Positions 29,854-38,747 are shown, numbered from the stretch's first letter. The stretch: DNA of 64,000 bases from an uncultured Pirellulales bacterium (GCA_964406945.1 CAYOTO010000001.1:101502-165501); one strand, 5' to 3'. The notes: generated from the sequence alone by a model not told the origin. Numbers and translations: made by a program.

Positions 29854-30759
29854 CTAATTGCCAAAGTTGCGAACGTCATCTTCCGAGCCATAAAGCCCGT
29901 CCGGCCCCGCCGAAATCAGCATGTAAGAGTCCGGCCTGTACGGCCAGACCCGTGTAGTCACCTTCGGATCCTGAAAGTAACCGGTCAGCCCACCTATACC
30001 CGTGCCGTAAATGAAGTCTGTCTGGTTGACTCCCGGCAAGCCGCTTGCAAGGGGGTGCGCCCTGTTGTCGCTCATCTCTTTGACGAGTACCAGCTCGTTA
30101 TTATCGAGAAAATTGTAAATCTGGTCAATCTGAGAACCCGATGTATTGGCCTTGTAATACAGCACGGGCGATCCGGCCTTGACCACATCGCCATTCTGCA
30201 ACTGGACCTGCTTATAATGATAAACATCGGTCATAACGAAGGTGTCCGGATTCAAAGCTCTTGTGTCTTTATACAAACCCGGCCGGATCGGTGGAATATT
30301 GCCCAGACGGAAAACTTCCGCCGTCTCCATCTCCAGGTAACGGCCCTTGCGCTGGGCCATCAAAGCCGGAACATTTGCATCGTAAACGTAAACTCCGCTG
30401 GAAGTCCTCCCGTGCGAGGTAAACTCCGAATCCGGATGAAATCCCAGCAGATCCAGACCGAACATCGCCTCGGCCAGCTTCTGAGCGCCGCAGTAGTCGC
30501 CCGTCAACGGTGTCGGCGTACGCCTCGACTCCGGATAGTCGCCGAAGTCGTTTCGGAACGCTTCGAGCCCGGTTGAAATCGCCGAAAACTGAGCGTACTG
30601 CTTGGCCTTCAGTGCGGCGTTCTGAACCGCGCTCAACGCCGGTATCAAAAGCCCCACCAGCAGGGCGATCACCGCCAGCACGACCAGCAGTTCGATTGTC
30701 GTAAACGCATTTTGTCTTTGTTTGCGTTTCACAGCTATACTCCTAACACCGGCCGACAT
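29854..30759 (-). CDS. long GspG-like pseudopilin paralogue A
   Basis: NAFTTIELLVVLAVIALLVGLLIPAL. C-terminus LISAGPDGLYGSEDDVRNF (GspG calcium-loop-like). Shares YCGAxKLAEAxxGxDLLGFH with the 32068..32955 product. Confidence 0.75.
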   Translation of the reverse strand: MSAGVRSIAVKRKQRQNAFTTIELLVVLAVIALLVGLLIPALSAVQNAALKAKQYAQFSAISTGLEAFRNDFGDYPESRRTPTPLTGDYCGAQKLAEAMFGLDLLGFHPDSEFTSHGRTSSGVYVYDANVPALMAQRKGRYLEMETAEVFRLGNIPPIRPGLYKDTRALNPDTFVMTDVYHYKQVQLQNGDVVKAGSPVLYYKANTSGSQIDQIYNFLDNNELVLVKEMSDNRAHPLASGLPGVNQTDFIYGTGIGGLTGYFQDPKVTTRVWPYRPDSYMLISAGPDGLYGSEDDVRNFGN

Positions 30760-30823
30760 CCGCCGGCACAGTCCGTAATTCCATTTCCAATCGCATCCAA
30801 TATCCAACTACATCATCTTCGCT

Positions 30824-30853
30824 CCTGTCATGCTGAGCGAAGCGAAGCATCTG
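30824..30853. repeat. REP-like hairpin element, copy 2
   Basis: CCTGTCATGCTGAGCGAAGCGAAGCATCTGG. Confidence 0.6.
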
Positions 30854-30913
30854 GCTATTGCACATCAAAGAACTTCATCCGGGCGTCAGCCGTTCGAATT
30901 TCTGTCATTCGGC

Positions 30914-30952
30914 CATTCGAATTTGTTTCGAATTTCGACATTCGAATTTCGT
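30914..30952. repeat. short-period TTCGAATTT repeat x3
   Basis: CATTCGAATTTGTTTCGAATTTCGACATTCGAATTTCGTG between the dockerin-like gene and pseudopilin paralogue A. Confidence 0.8.
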
Positions 30953-30969
30953 GCTTCCACTTTTGCTTT

Positions 30970-31938
30970 CTACTGGCCTTCAACCGGCTCTTCTTCGAGC
31001 CAACTGTTTTCAAGCCACGTCTCCAGCATCAGCACCATATCGTAAAAATTAATAACCGCCTCATCCTCGATGTCGTCGCCCTTATAGGCGTTGCGAGGGT
31101 CGTCTCTGGCTACTTGGTTGCTGAGCCAGACCTCCGCCAGCGCCTGCACGTCGCTCATATCAACCCATGTCTCCAGCATCGCGGCCAGATCGTAAAAGTT
31201 GATAAACGCCATGCCTTCGATGTCGTCGCCGTTATACATATTGCGGGCGTCGCCGGTGCCGACCCCGTCCGCGGCCCAGACCTCGGCCAGCAGCCTGACA
31301 TCGTTCATATCCACAAAGCAGTCGCGGTTGAAATCGCCCGGCAGCAGGCCGCCTCCGTTGCAGTAGTACACCAGCTCGAAGTTGTCCCACTGCGTAATAT
31401 AGTTTTCGATCCAGCCGCTCGCATCGATCCGAAGAACCATCGCAAGTTCGTGCTCGCCGCTGCGCTGTTCGTCGCTCAACATATACTCCTGCGCGAAGTA
31501 CTCGCCGCTGACGTTATCCGCCCCGGCCGGATTCTGCCATATCACCTCATCGTCGATAGTGACCATGACCGTAGCCGTACACGGATCCCACGCGCCGAAC
31601 AGCCCCGTATCGAGTTTCACGTCGAAAAGCAGCTTTTCTGCTCCACTGAAATCCACCGTCTGAGTAGCCTTCGCCGTTTCGCCGCCGTTAAACACGGCCA
31701 GTTTCGAATTAAGCGACAAGTTATAAAACCCTTCCGTAGCCCAGTCCGTGTACACGTATCTCTCGAAGAGCTGTGTTCGTAAATCAACGGACCAGCCGTT
31801 CGGATCGTTAACGTCGCGAACGCGAATACGTCCGTCGTCTTCGAAGCTGCCGTTAATAATACCGGCCGCTCCTGCGTCCGCGATTGCGCCGCCCACGCAC
31901 ATGACCGCCGCAACCGAAATAATCATCCATCTTTTCAT
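30970..31938 (-). CDS. secreted protein: NGSFE-type jelly-roll-like N-domain plus two dockerin/EF-hand-like repeats
   Basis: Signal peptide MKRWMIISVAAVMCVGGAIADA, then IINGSFEDDG. The C-terminus has GDFNRDCFVDMNDVRLLAEVW and an internal ~50-aa duplication (DMNDVRLLAEVWAADGVGTGDARNMYNGDDIEGMAFINFYDLAAMLETWV / DMSDVQALAEVWLSNQVARDDPRNAYKGDDIEDEAVINFYDMVLMLETWL). Confidence 0.6.
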   Translation of the reverse strand: MKRWMIISVAAVMCVGGAIADAGAAGIINGSFEDDGRIRVRDVNDPNGWSVDLRTQLFERYVYTDWATEGFYNLSLNSKLAVFNGGETAKATQTVDFSGAEKLLFDVKLDTGLFGAWDPCTATVMVTIDDEVIWQNPAGADNVSGEYFAQEYMLSDEQRSGEHELAMVLRIDASGWIENYITQWDNFELVYYCNGGGLLPGDFNRDCFVDMNDVRLLAEVWAADGVGTGDARNMYNGDDIEGMAFINFYDLAAMLETWVDMSDVQALAEVWLSNQVARDDPRNAYKGDDIEDEAVINFYDMVLMLETWLENSWLEEEPVEGQ

Positions 31939-32067
31939 AACCCTGCTCCCCGTTTTTTCGCAAACGAGATTGACATTAAAACGCCCCTTAACACCTCTTT
32001 CTCGGCGCTCTGTTTAACCGGCGCACGGCAATAATCACCGCCCGCCGTAACGCACGCCCCAGCCCGC

Positions 32068-32955
32068 CTACTGACTTATCTTTGCGTCGAAGTTGCAGAT
32101 ATCGTCGGCCGTACCGTATTCGCCGTCGTATCCGGCACTGATCAGCAGATAAGTATCCGCACGGAAAGGCCTCGCCGGTGTCTTGATCTTGTCCGTCCGC
32201 GTAATCGCATAAAATCCGTAATCAGGATTTGCAGGCTCCGCCAGCCCATGCCGGTTTGTTTGCGTTCCGCCGCCGCCGGTCTGACCCGGAAATCCGAGCA
32301 TCAGGAGCATCTGATTATCCAAGTAGTTGTAGATATTGCCAGCGTTGTCGTCCGGTGTCATTTGCTGCGCCACGTTTGGATCGTGCCGAAAGCCCGAAGT
32401 GTCGGCCTTGTAATAAAGAATGGGCATCCCCGTCTTGTCTGAATCGGGCCGCTGTTTCTCATAGACATCGCACAGAACGTAGTTGTCGGGCAGAAACTGA
32501 TTTACATTGCCGGGACCGTAAATATCACCAATCTTATACGCATTCGCCTGCTCCAGTGGAAGGAGCGGGCCCGAAACCCTGTCCTTGAGGTTCTGCGTGT
32601 AAAGAGGCTGACCACTGCTGCCCATTCCGTCTCTGCGGAAGATAGAGTGTTTGTGAAATCCCAGCAAATCCCAGCCCATAAGGGCCTCGGCTAATTTCAT
32701 TGCCCCGCAGTAAGGCTGGCCCGTCGGATCCAGTGCATCCGAAGGCGGATAGCCGTCGTACTCGTTGTTAAACAGTTCCAGAGCCGCTTCCATACTGTGG
32801 AACTGCGCTTTCTGCTTTACCTTCAGGGCATACCGACGAACCTGACTCAGGGCCGGCACCAGCAGCCCGATCAGGATGACGATAATGCTCATCACCGTCA
32901 ACAACTCGACGATGGTAAAGCCCGTCCTTTTTGTCTTGTTTCTCTTCTGTTTCAT
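32068..32955 (-). CDS. long GspG-like pseudopilin paralogue B
   Basis: MKQKRNKTKRTGFTIVELLTVMSIIVILIGLLVPAL. C-terminus LISAGYDGEYGTADDICNF. Confidence 0.75.
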   Translation of the reverse strand: MKQKRNKTKRTGFTIVELLTVMSIIVILIGLLVPALSQVRRYALKVKQKAQFHSMEAALELFNNEYDGYPPSDALDPTGQPYCGAMKLAEALMGWDLLGFHKHSIFRRDGMGSSGQPLYTQNLKDRVSGPLLPLEQANAYKIGDIYGPGNVNQFLPDNYVLCDVYEKQRPDSDKTGMPILYYKADTSGFRHDPNVAQQMTPDDNAGNIYNYLDNQMLLMLGFPGQTGGGGTQTNRHGLAEPANPDYGFYAITRTDKIKTPARPFRADTYLLISAGYDGEYGTADDICNFDAKISQ

Positions 32956-33027
32956 CGCAACTACTCCTTCAACTTTGTGGATATTTACTGCTAGATATTT
33001 CACTTTTCATTTTGATTCTTGACCAGT

Positions 33028-34290
33028 CTACGATGCCGCACTGAGACTCGTAATAACCTGAATCATGGGCAAGAACACCGCCAGGACGATAACCAGAACG
33101 ATACCGCCAAGGACGATAATCATGATCGGCTCCAGCAGCGACATAAGCGAGCCGACCAGAACGTCTACCTGCTCATCGTAATTGTCCGCCACCTTCAGAA
33201 GCATCTTGTCAAGGTCGCCGGTCTCCTCACCCACCGCAACCATGTTGCAGACGATAAGGTCCACCGTTTTCGATTTCTTAAGCGGATCGGCGAACGTCTC
33301 GCCCTGACGAATCGAGTTATGTACATTCGCTAGACATTTTGCATATACCTCGTTACCTGCTGTCTCACGGGTTACGTTAAGCGCATCCAGAATCGGAACG
33401 CCCGCGCTGATCAGCGTACCAAGCGTCCTGGTCCATCTGGTAATCGAAATCTTACTCGAAAGCTGCCCCACAACCGGCAGTTTGAGGTTGATGGAGTCCA
33501 GTATGTAACGACCCTGGCGGAATCGGCGCATTACTCGCGTCAATATTATCATGCCGATAGGAACGCCCATCAGCCACGCCCAGCCGAAGTCATAGGCAAT
33601 CCAACTGCTGATCCCCAACACCGTTGTCGTGATCACGTTAAGATCGTCACCGACCATTTCCTGAAGCACGTCTTTGAACTGCGGAATCACGTATTTCATA
33701 AGGCCCAGCAGAATCAAAAACGCAACGCACATGACGGTGATGGGATAAACCATGGCGCTCTTAACCCTGGCCTTGAGCTTTTGCGCCTTCTCCATGAAGT
33801 CCGCGACACGGGAGAGAATCAAGTCGAGAACACCGCCGGCCTCACCCGCTGCAACCATACTGACCAGCAGTCGGTTAAAGGCCCGCGGGAACCGTCCCAG
33901 TGCCTCCGAAAGCGTCGAACCGCCTTCGATGTCGTCGGCCACGTATCCGATGATTCGCTTGAAGTTACCAGACTTGGCCTGTTCTTCGAGAATTCGAAGC
34001 GACCGTAGAATAGGAAGGCCCGCATCCTGAAGTGTCGAAAGTTGGCGAGCGAACTGTGTTATGTGTTTTACCTTTACCTTGCCGCCGGCGCCTCTGCGCT
34101 TCTTGCCGGTTCCGCCCACCGCTGCAGCCGCCGCGGGTTTCTTTTTCTTCTGCCCCTTTGTGTCTACCTTCGTGGGGAAATACCCCATGTTACGTATCTT
34201 ACTGACTGCTTCCTTCTCGCTCAGGGCCTCGATCTCATCCTTGATTTCCACACCCTGCGAATCCAGTGCTTGGTATTGGAATAACGGCAT
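33028..34290 (-). CDS. gspF: type II secretion/type IV pilus platform protein GspF/PilC family
   Basis: MPLFQYQALDSQGVEIKDEIEALSEKEAVSKIRNMGYFP, two T2SSF repeats, 3 TM segments. GGAGGT RBS upstream of ATG 34290. Confidence 0.9.
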   Translation of the reverse strand: MPLFQYQALDSQGVEIKDEIEALSEKEAVSKIRNMGYFPTKVDTKGQKKKKPAAAAAVGGTGKKRRGAGGKVKVKHITQFARQLSTLQDAGLPILRSLRILEEQAKSGNFKRIIGYVADDIEGGSTLSEALGRFPRAFNRLLVSMVAAGEAGGVLDLILSRVADFMEKAQKLKARVKSAMVYPITVMCVAFLILLGLMKYVIPQFKDVLQEMVGDDLNVITTTVLGISSWIAYDFGWAWLMGVPIGMIILTRVMRRFRQGRYILDSINLKLPVVGQLSSKISITRWTRTLGTLISAGVPILDALNVTRETAGNEVYAKCLANVHNSIRQGETFADPLKKSKTVDLIVCNMVAVGEETGDLDKMLLKVADNYDEQVDVLVGSLMSLLEPIMIIVLGGIVLVIVLAVFLPMIQVITSLSAAS

Positions 34291-34468
34291 CCTAGATACC
34301 TCCTTCTGACCACGTCCGGCCCAAAGCCCGATCCACAATCAAACCCGTATTAACCAGTAAGTACTCTAACATCCAACCGCCTCTTGTTAACTTATGTTGT
34401 CACGCTGAACAAAACCAAAGTCCTGTCCTGACCCTGCCCAAGGGCATCCGGCCTTCACACAGCATACT

Positions 34469-34530
34469 ATCCATCACAGCCTGTCATGTATCCATCACAG
34501 CCTGTCATGTATCCATCACAGCCTGTCATG
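34469..34530. repeat. 21-bp tandem repeat x3 (ATCCATCACAGCCTGTCATGT)
   Basis: Three head-to-tail copies. The third runs directly into REP-like copy 3 (34521-34551, GCCTGTCATGCTGAGCGAAGCGAAGTATCTG). Confidence 0.9.
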
Positions 34531-34655
34531 CTGAGCGAAGCGAAGTATCTGACCTTCGGACGAAAATCAACACAGCATCAAACCGGCAGTCGCATTCGCG
34601 ACACCCGGCTTTTTATTACTTTTTTACTCCCAAACTAAACTTCCGGTCAGTTTGG

Positions 34656-36413
34656 CTACGCTTGCATGAGCGTCTCTTTCACGACCTCGTCGATCGTGGT
34701 GATTCCATCGTATATCGCCGCCAGGCCGTTCTCGCGGAGCATGACCATGCCTTTCTTGATCGCGGCCGCACGAAGGACATTCGTCGAGGCGTTGTTCATA
34801 ACGAGACTGCGCATCTCATCGTCGAATGTCATAATCTCGAACAACCCGCTCCTGCCCCTGTAGCCGGTGTTGTTGCACTTGCCGCAACCCCGGCCGTAGT
34901 AGAACTTCTTGCCTTTGATGTCGTCTTCGGTCATGTCGAGTTCTTCGAGTTGCTGTTCGTTGGGTTGGTACTCGGTGCGGCAGTTGGTGCAGATTCGACG
35001 AACCAGACGCTGTGCGACAACGCCTTCAAGCGTCGCTGTCACAAGGAACGGCTCGACGCCGAGGTCCAGAAGACGTGCGATTGAACTGGGGGCGTCGTTG
35101 GTATGAAGTGTCGTAAAGACCAGGTGGCCGGTTAACGACGCCTGTGCGGCGATCTGTGCCGTCTCGAGGTCTCGAATTTCACCGACCAGAATAATGTCCG
35201 GGTCCTGACGAAGAATTGACCTGAGGCACTTGGCGAACGTCAGCCCGATCTCCGGCTTCATCTGGACCTGGCACAGTCCGTCCACGTCGTATTCGACCGG
35301 GTCCTCGGTTGTTATTATCTTTGTTTCTACGTTGTTAAGCTCACTCAGAGCCGAGTAGAGTGTCGTCGTTTTACCGCAGCCGGTCGGGCCGGTCACGATG
35401 ATAATGCCGTTGGGCTTCTTGATAAGCTGGTTCACCATCTCGAGGTCGTGAGGCCTGAGCCCGAGCTTTCCAAGATCGAACATGACCTGCGACCTGTCGA
35501 GAATACGCAGCACGACGCTTTCGCCGAACATGGTCGGCAGCACGCTGACACGAAGGTCGACCGGGTTGCCCTGAACGGTAAGCGAGATACGGCCGTCCTG
35601 CGGCATCCGCCTCTCGGCGATGTCCAGATCGGCCATGACCTTGATTCGCGATGCCAGAGCCGCTGCGATATACTTCGGCGGCGGAATCATCTCGTACAGT
35701 ACGCCGTCGATTCGGTAGCGCATCTTGTACTCGTTCTCGAACGGCTCGAAGTGTATGTCTGATGCCTTGTCGCGAATCGCCTGCAGAAGAACCAGGTTCA
35801 GAAGCTTCTTAACCGGGTTCGATTCCGACAGCTCCTTCAACTCATCCAGGTCGATACTGGCGTTTCGGCCCTCGAACTCGGCCAGGAATTCGTCGCCCTG
35901 AATCTCATCGATAAGCTCGTCGATATTGCTCTCGTCCTGATCCTCGGAATAGTGGGTCGAAAGGGCGTTCTCCAGAAACTCGTGGTCGGTGATCTTGGCC
36001 ACGATTTTATAGCCGGTCAGCGTGCTCAGGTCATCCGTAGCCCGGAAGTTCTCCACGCTGTCCAGAACCACGGTCAGCGTGTTGCTGGCCTCGTCGAATT
36101 CGACGGGCACTATGTGGTAGGTGTTGGCCATCTGCGTCGGAACCTTCTCGACCACATCCGCCGGAATGTCGTAACCCTCCAGGCTCATGTATTCCATGCC
36201 GCGCTTGGCCGCCAGCGCCATGTGCAACTGCTTTTCGTCGATCAGGCCCATTTTGAGCAGGATCTGGCCTATCTCGGGTTTGCCTCCCTGTTTTTGCTGT
36301 ACCTTGAGCGCTTCGTGTACCTGATTTCTGCTCAGGGCTCCCATTTTGATGAGAATTCTGCCGAGCGTCCTGCCCCTCAACTGCTCGATAGGTGGGAGAG
36401 AAGTTTTTGCCAT
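34656..36413 (-). CDS. gspE: type II secretion/type IV pilus assembly ATPase GspE/PilB family
   Basis: N-terminal MshEN/T2SSE_N-like repeats (LGRILIKMGALSRNQVHEAL; IGQILLKMGLIDEKQL), Walker A GPTGCGKTTT, Asp box, Walker B, tetracysteine CTNC...CGKC. Alternative start at 36422. Confidence 0.92.
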   Translation of the reverse strand: MAKTSLPPIEQLRGRTLGRILIKMGALSRNQVHEALKVQQKQGGKPEIGQILLKMGLIDEKQLHMALAAKRGMEYMSLEGYDIPADVVEKVPTQMANTYHIVPVEFDEASNTLTVVLDSVENFRATDDLSTLTGYKIVAKITDHEFLENALSTHYSEDQDESNIDELIDEIQGDEFLAEFEGRNASIDLDELKELSESNPVKKLLNLVLLQAIRDKASDIHFEPFENEYKMRYRIDGVLYEMIPPPKYIAAALASRIKVMADLDIAERRMPQDGRISLTVQGNPVDLRVSVLPTMFGESVVLRILDRSQVMFDLGKLGLRPHDLEMVNQLIKKPNGIIIVTGPTGCGKTTTLYSALSELNNVETKIITTEDPVEYDVDGLCQVQMKPEIGLTFAKCLRSILRQDPDIILVGEIRDLETAQIAAQASLTGHLVFTTLHTNDAPSSIARLLDLGVEPFLVTATLEGVVAQRLVRRICTNCRTEYQPNEQQLEELDMTEDDIKGKKFYYGRGCGKCNNTGYRGRSGLFEIMTFDDEMRSLVMNNASTNVLRAAAIKKGMVMLRENGLAAIYDGITTIDEVVKETLMQA

Positions 36414-37097
36414 GTTGTGCACACCCTCTTAACAATAAACTCGATTCAGGGCTATTATAGCACAGTAAGTACCTTTTTTCAAACAAATTACGAATATGAC
36501 ATTTGGTTAATAAGACATTCGGCCGCGGGGTGGAAATCGTTGATGAGGTTCTCTGAAGCCGGAATTTGTACGCAGATAACCGCTAGAGGTTCTACAATTG
36601 ATACAAAAGCTGCAAAAAATATTTTCAGAACGGCCTGAGGCGCTGCTGAGCAGGCGTGTTTGATGCGACATTTGGTTGATAAGACAGTAGGGGGATTGGC
36701 GATTGTAGATTGGCGATTTTCCCTTTGGGTTCGGGTGGGCAGTCGGGGATTGGCGGGGGCGTTCGGGTGCGGTTTGGGGTGTTAAGATGGGAGGGTTGGG
36801 CAATATGGAAGGGCGATTTTGAGGGGTGATTTGGAAATTTTTTGAAAATCTGATTTTTTGCAGAATTCTGGTTAAGTGCAGTTGGCGTAAGGGGTTACGG
36901 TGATTCAGGGTGGTCTGGGAAAATGGGCCGGAACTGACCAAAGTTGGACAGAAATTGACACAAATGTAGTGCGCGACGCAAAATGGCAGTCAGCGCACGT
37001 AAATGGCAGTGGAATTCAGCGAGGCGGCGGCCCTCCGGAGGAGTCAACAAGACTTTTTTGCAGAAAAAATGAAAAATATTGGGATTTTATCCGGGGG

Positions 37098-37370
37098 TTA
37101 ATGGGGGTTTGAATCGGGTTTATTTGCCGGCGGATCGGGCCACTTGCCGAGCGGGCAGGCCTCCTCTTCCACCCTGGCCTTGGCCGGTATGTAGCACCCG
37201 CAGAGCGTGCACCAGAGGCTGCGGCGCTCCCACTTCTGCTGATCCTTGCGGTCGCACTGCCGACAGATCCTCAGACGATCATCAGTCGCCGGGCACTTGC
37301 GACCGATCGCCAGCCGCGTGAAGCCCTTGGCGATCCTGCCAGCCTGGCGAATTTTCTTGCAACAGCTCAC
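37098..37370 (-). CDS. small Cys-rich zinc-ribbon-like protein
   Basis: GTG 37370 lies 2 nt after the stop of the upstream gene. VSCCKKIRQ...RICRQCDRKDQQKWERRSLWCTLCGCYIPAKARVEEEACPLGKW is a CxxC...CxxCGC...CPxGKW pattern recurring in small phage/glycosyltransferase-associated proteins. Confidence 0.5.
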   Translation of the reverse strand: MSCCKKIRQAGRIAKGFTRLAIGRKCPATDDRLRICRQCDRKDQQKWERRSLWCTLCGCYIPAKARVEEEACPLGKWPDPPANKPDSNPH

Positions 37371-37374
37371 AGCA

Positions 37375-38100
37375 TCACTCCACAAAAACAGGTTCGATTG
37401 CAACTGTACCAGGTACGCATAATTGACCGCTGAATGTGTATGACCCTCCGCTGCTTTTTTGCAACTGCGAACAATCACAATCAGACACAGTTTCGTCTGG
37501 TATCGGCCAGCCTTCTTCGTCCAGACATCGTGTTGCCACGCTTGGAGTCGTCGTTGCAATGTTAAAGCACTCGCTTGTGACGTCAACGGTCCAATGGCTC
37601 GTAGCTTCGACAATATCAAAATCTTGTCGCTCACTATTCGAATCAAGCCCAGACAATCGAACTGTAATTCGAGCTTTGCCATCCGTATAGATATCAACCC
37701 ATAAATAAAGCTGGTCCAATGAAATCGTCATCAACTCTTCGTCACCACTGCAATCGGCGGGCAACAAGCTGCTGTTGAAAAAAATCTCAACCGATCCAAA
37801 ACTATCGGATACAGTTAGTTCCCACGTACATGGGCTTACATAAGGCAGGCGGTATTTTCCGTTGATCGTAGCCGCCACGCCGTTTGTTTTCATCGCATAG
37901 TAATTGTTGCCGATTATGATGGACTGCCTGCATCCAGCGCAATCAGTCCAGCTTGCCAAAGTCAAGTCCAGCCATTTAGGGGTAATGAACGAATTGTCTG
38001 CGCACAGTTGGCACTCGCGTTCTACCCGCAATATCCGCCCGGTGCTGGCCCTGCGGATTATCCTGCCCGTACTTGGATTTCGCTGGATTCTGCCGGTCAT
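37375..38100 (-). CDS. Cys-rich phage protein of unknown function (AT-richer gene)
   Basis: ATG 38100 overlaps the upstream stop (ATGA). N-terminal triple repeat TGRIQRNPSTGRIIRRASTGRILR. At least 12 Cys, including a DCDC motif. Confidence 0.6.
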   Translation of the reverse strand: MTGRIQRNPSTGRIIRRASTGRILRVERECQLCADNSFITPKWLDLTLASWTDCAGCRQSIIIGNNYYAMKTNGVAATINGKYRLPYVSPCTWELTVSDSFGSVEIFFNSSLLPADCSGDEELMTISLDQLYLWVDIYTDGKARITVRLSGLDSNSERQDFDIVEATSHWTVDVTSECFNIATTTPSVATRCLDEEGWPIPDETVSDCDCSQLQKSSGGSYTFSGQLCVPGTVAIEPVFVE

Positions 38101-38747
38101 GTTGCGCTGTAACAATCACAGTCTTCGTCGCCGTCGAACTGGCTGACGAAGAAGTATCGATCGCTCTCCATCTGCTTGGCAAACAGGATATCTCCGATGA
38201 CTATGCGGGGCGTGGCCGTGTCGAGGTTGCTGAAGCTGCCGCTGTTGCAGAACAGCGCGTATACATTGAAGGCGCTGCCCACCTCATCCCAGGACGAGCT
38301 GCCCGTGTTCCACGTAACTTTCATGCACGAAATATATGAGCGGGCCGCCGCGCTCTCTTTGGCCTTGACCGCAATCACTTCTTCGCTCTGCTGGCCGGCC
38401 GCTGCGAATATCTCATCGATATACCACTTGCCGTCCCGGGCCTTGAAGACCGGAATAATATCGTATTGCTTGATCAGAGGGCTGGCCTCATCGAGCGCCG
38501 TCAGGCTGGATGCATTCGCCATCAGGCCTTCGGCGTCGAACGCATCGCCGGTCGTATTGCCGTCTGAATCGAGCAGCTTTACGCTGATGAATTCGTCAGC
38601 CTGCGCATCCTCCTGGGCCTCCGCCAGGTAGCGGACGCCCGCAAGTCTGATAGCCCGGCCGGGCTGGATGACCTGTGGCGATGCGGGTCGTTCGCGGATG
38701 GCTGCATCGATCACGTGTGATACCCTGGTGCGGATACTGCTCAGCAT
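38097..38747 (-). CDS. phage protein of unknown function
   Basis: ATG 38747 overlaps the LamG-gene stop by 1 nt. Good coding character. C-terminus DGDEDCDCYSAT. Confidence 0.6.
   Translation of the reverse strand: MLSSIRTRVSHVIDAAIRERPASPQVIQPGRAIRLAGVRYLAEAQEDAQADEFISVKLLDSDGNTTGDAFDAEGLMANASSLTALDEASPLIKQYDIIPVFKARDGKWYIDEIFAAAGQQSEEVIAVKAKESAAARSYISCMKVTWNTGSSSWDEVGSAFNVYALFCNSGSFSNLDTATPRIVIGDILFAKQMESDRYFFVSQFDGDEDCDCYSAT

Noticed and set aside
34469-34530. Possible CRISPR array; tandem repeats at 22354-22389, 26538-26566 and 44184-44207 were also considered
   Set aside because: The units are 7-21 bp and head-to-tail with no unique spacers, and no cas genes are nearby. They are simple tandem repeats.
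36507-36941. 144-aa minus-strand ORF in the gspE-prophage junction
   Set aside because: The translation is Pro/Gln/Ser-rich and low-complexity, derived from G/T-rich repeat DNA. There is no RBS, and it spans several intergenic repeats.
36934-36966. Shared promoter-like motif CTGAC...CAG...TTGACA.AAATG with 14430-14460 (minus strand)
   Set aside because: The similarity is loose and needs gaps. No acceptable -10 follows the TTGACA at the right spacing in either copy. It is kept only as a note inside other findings.
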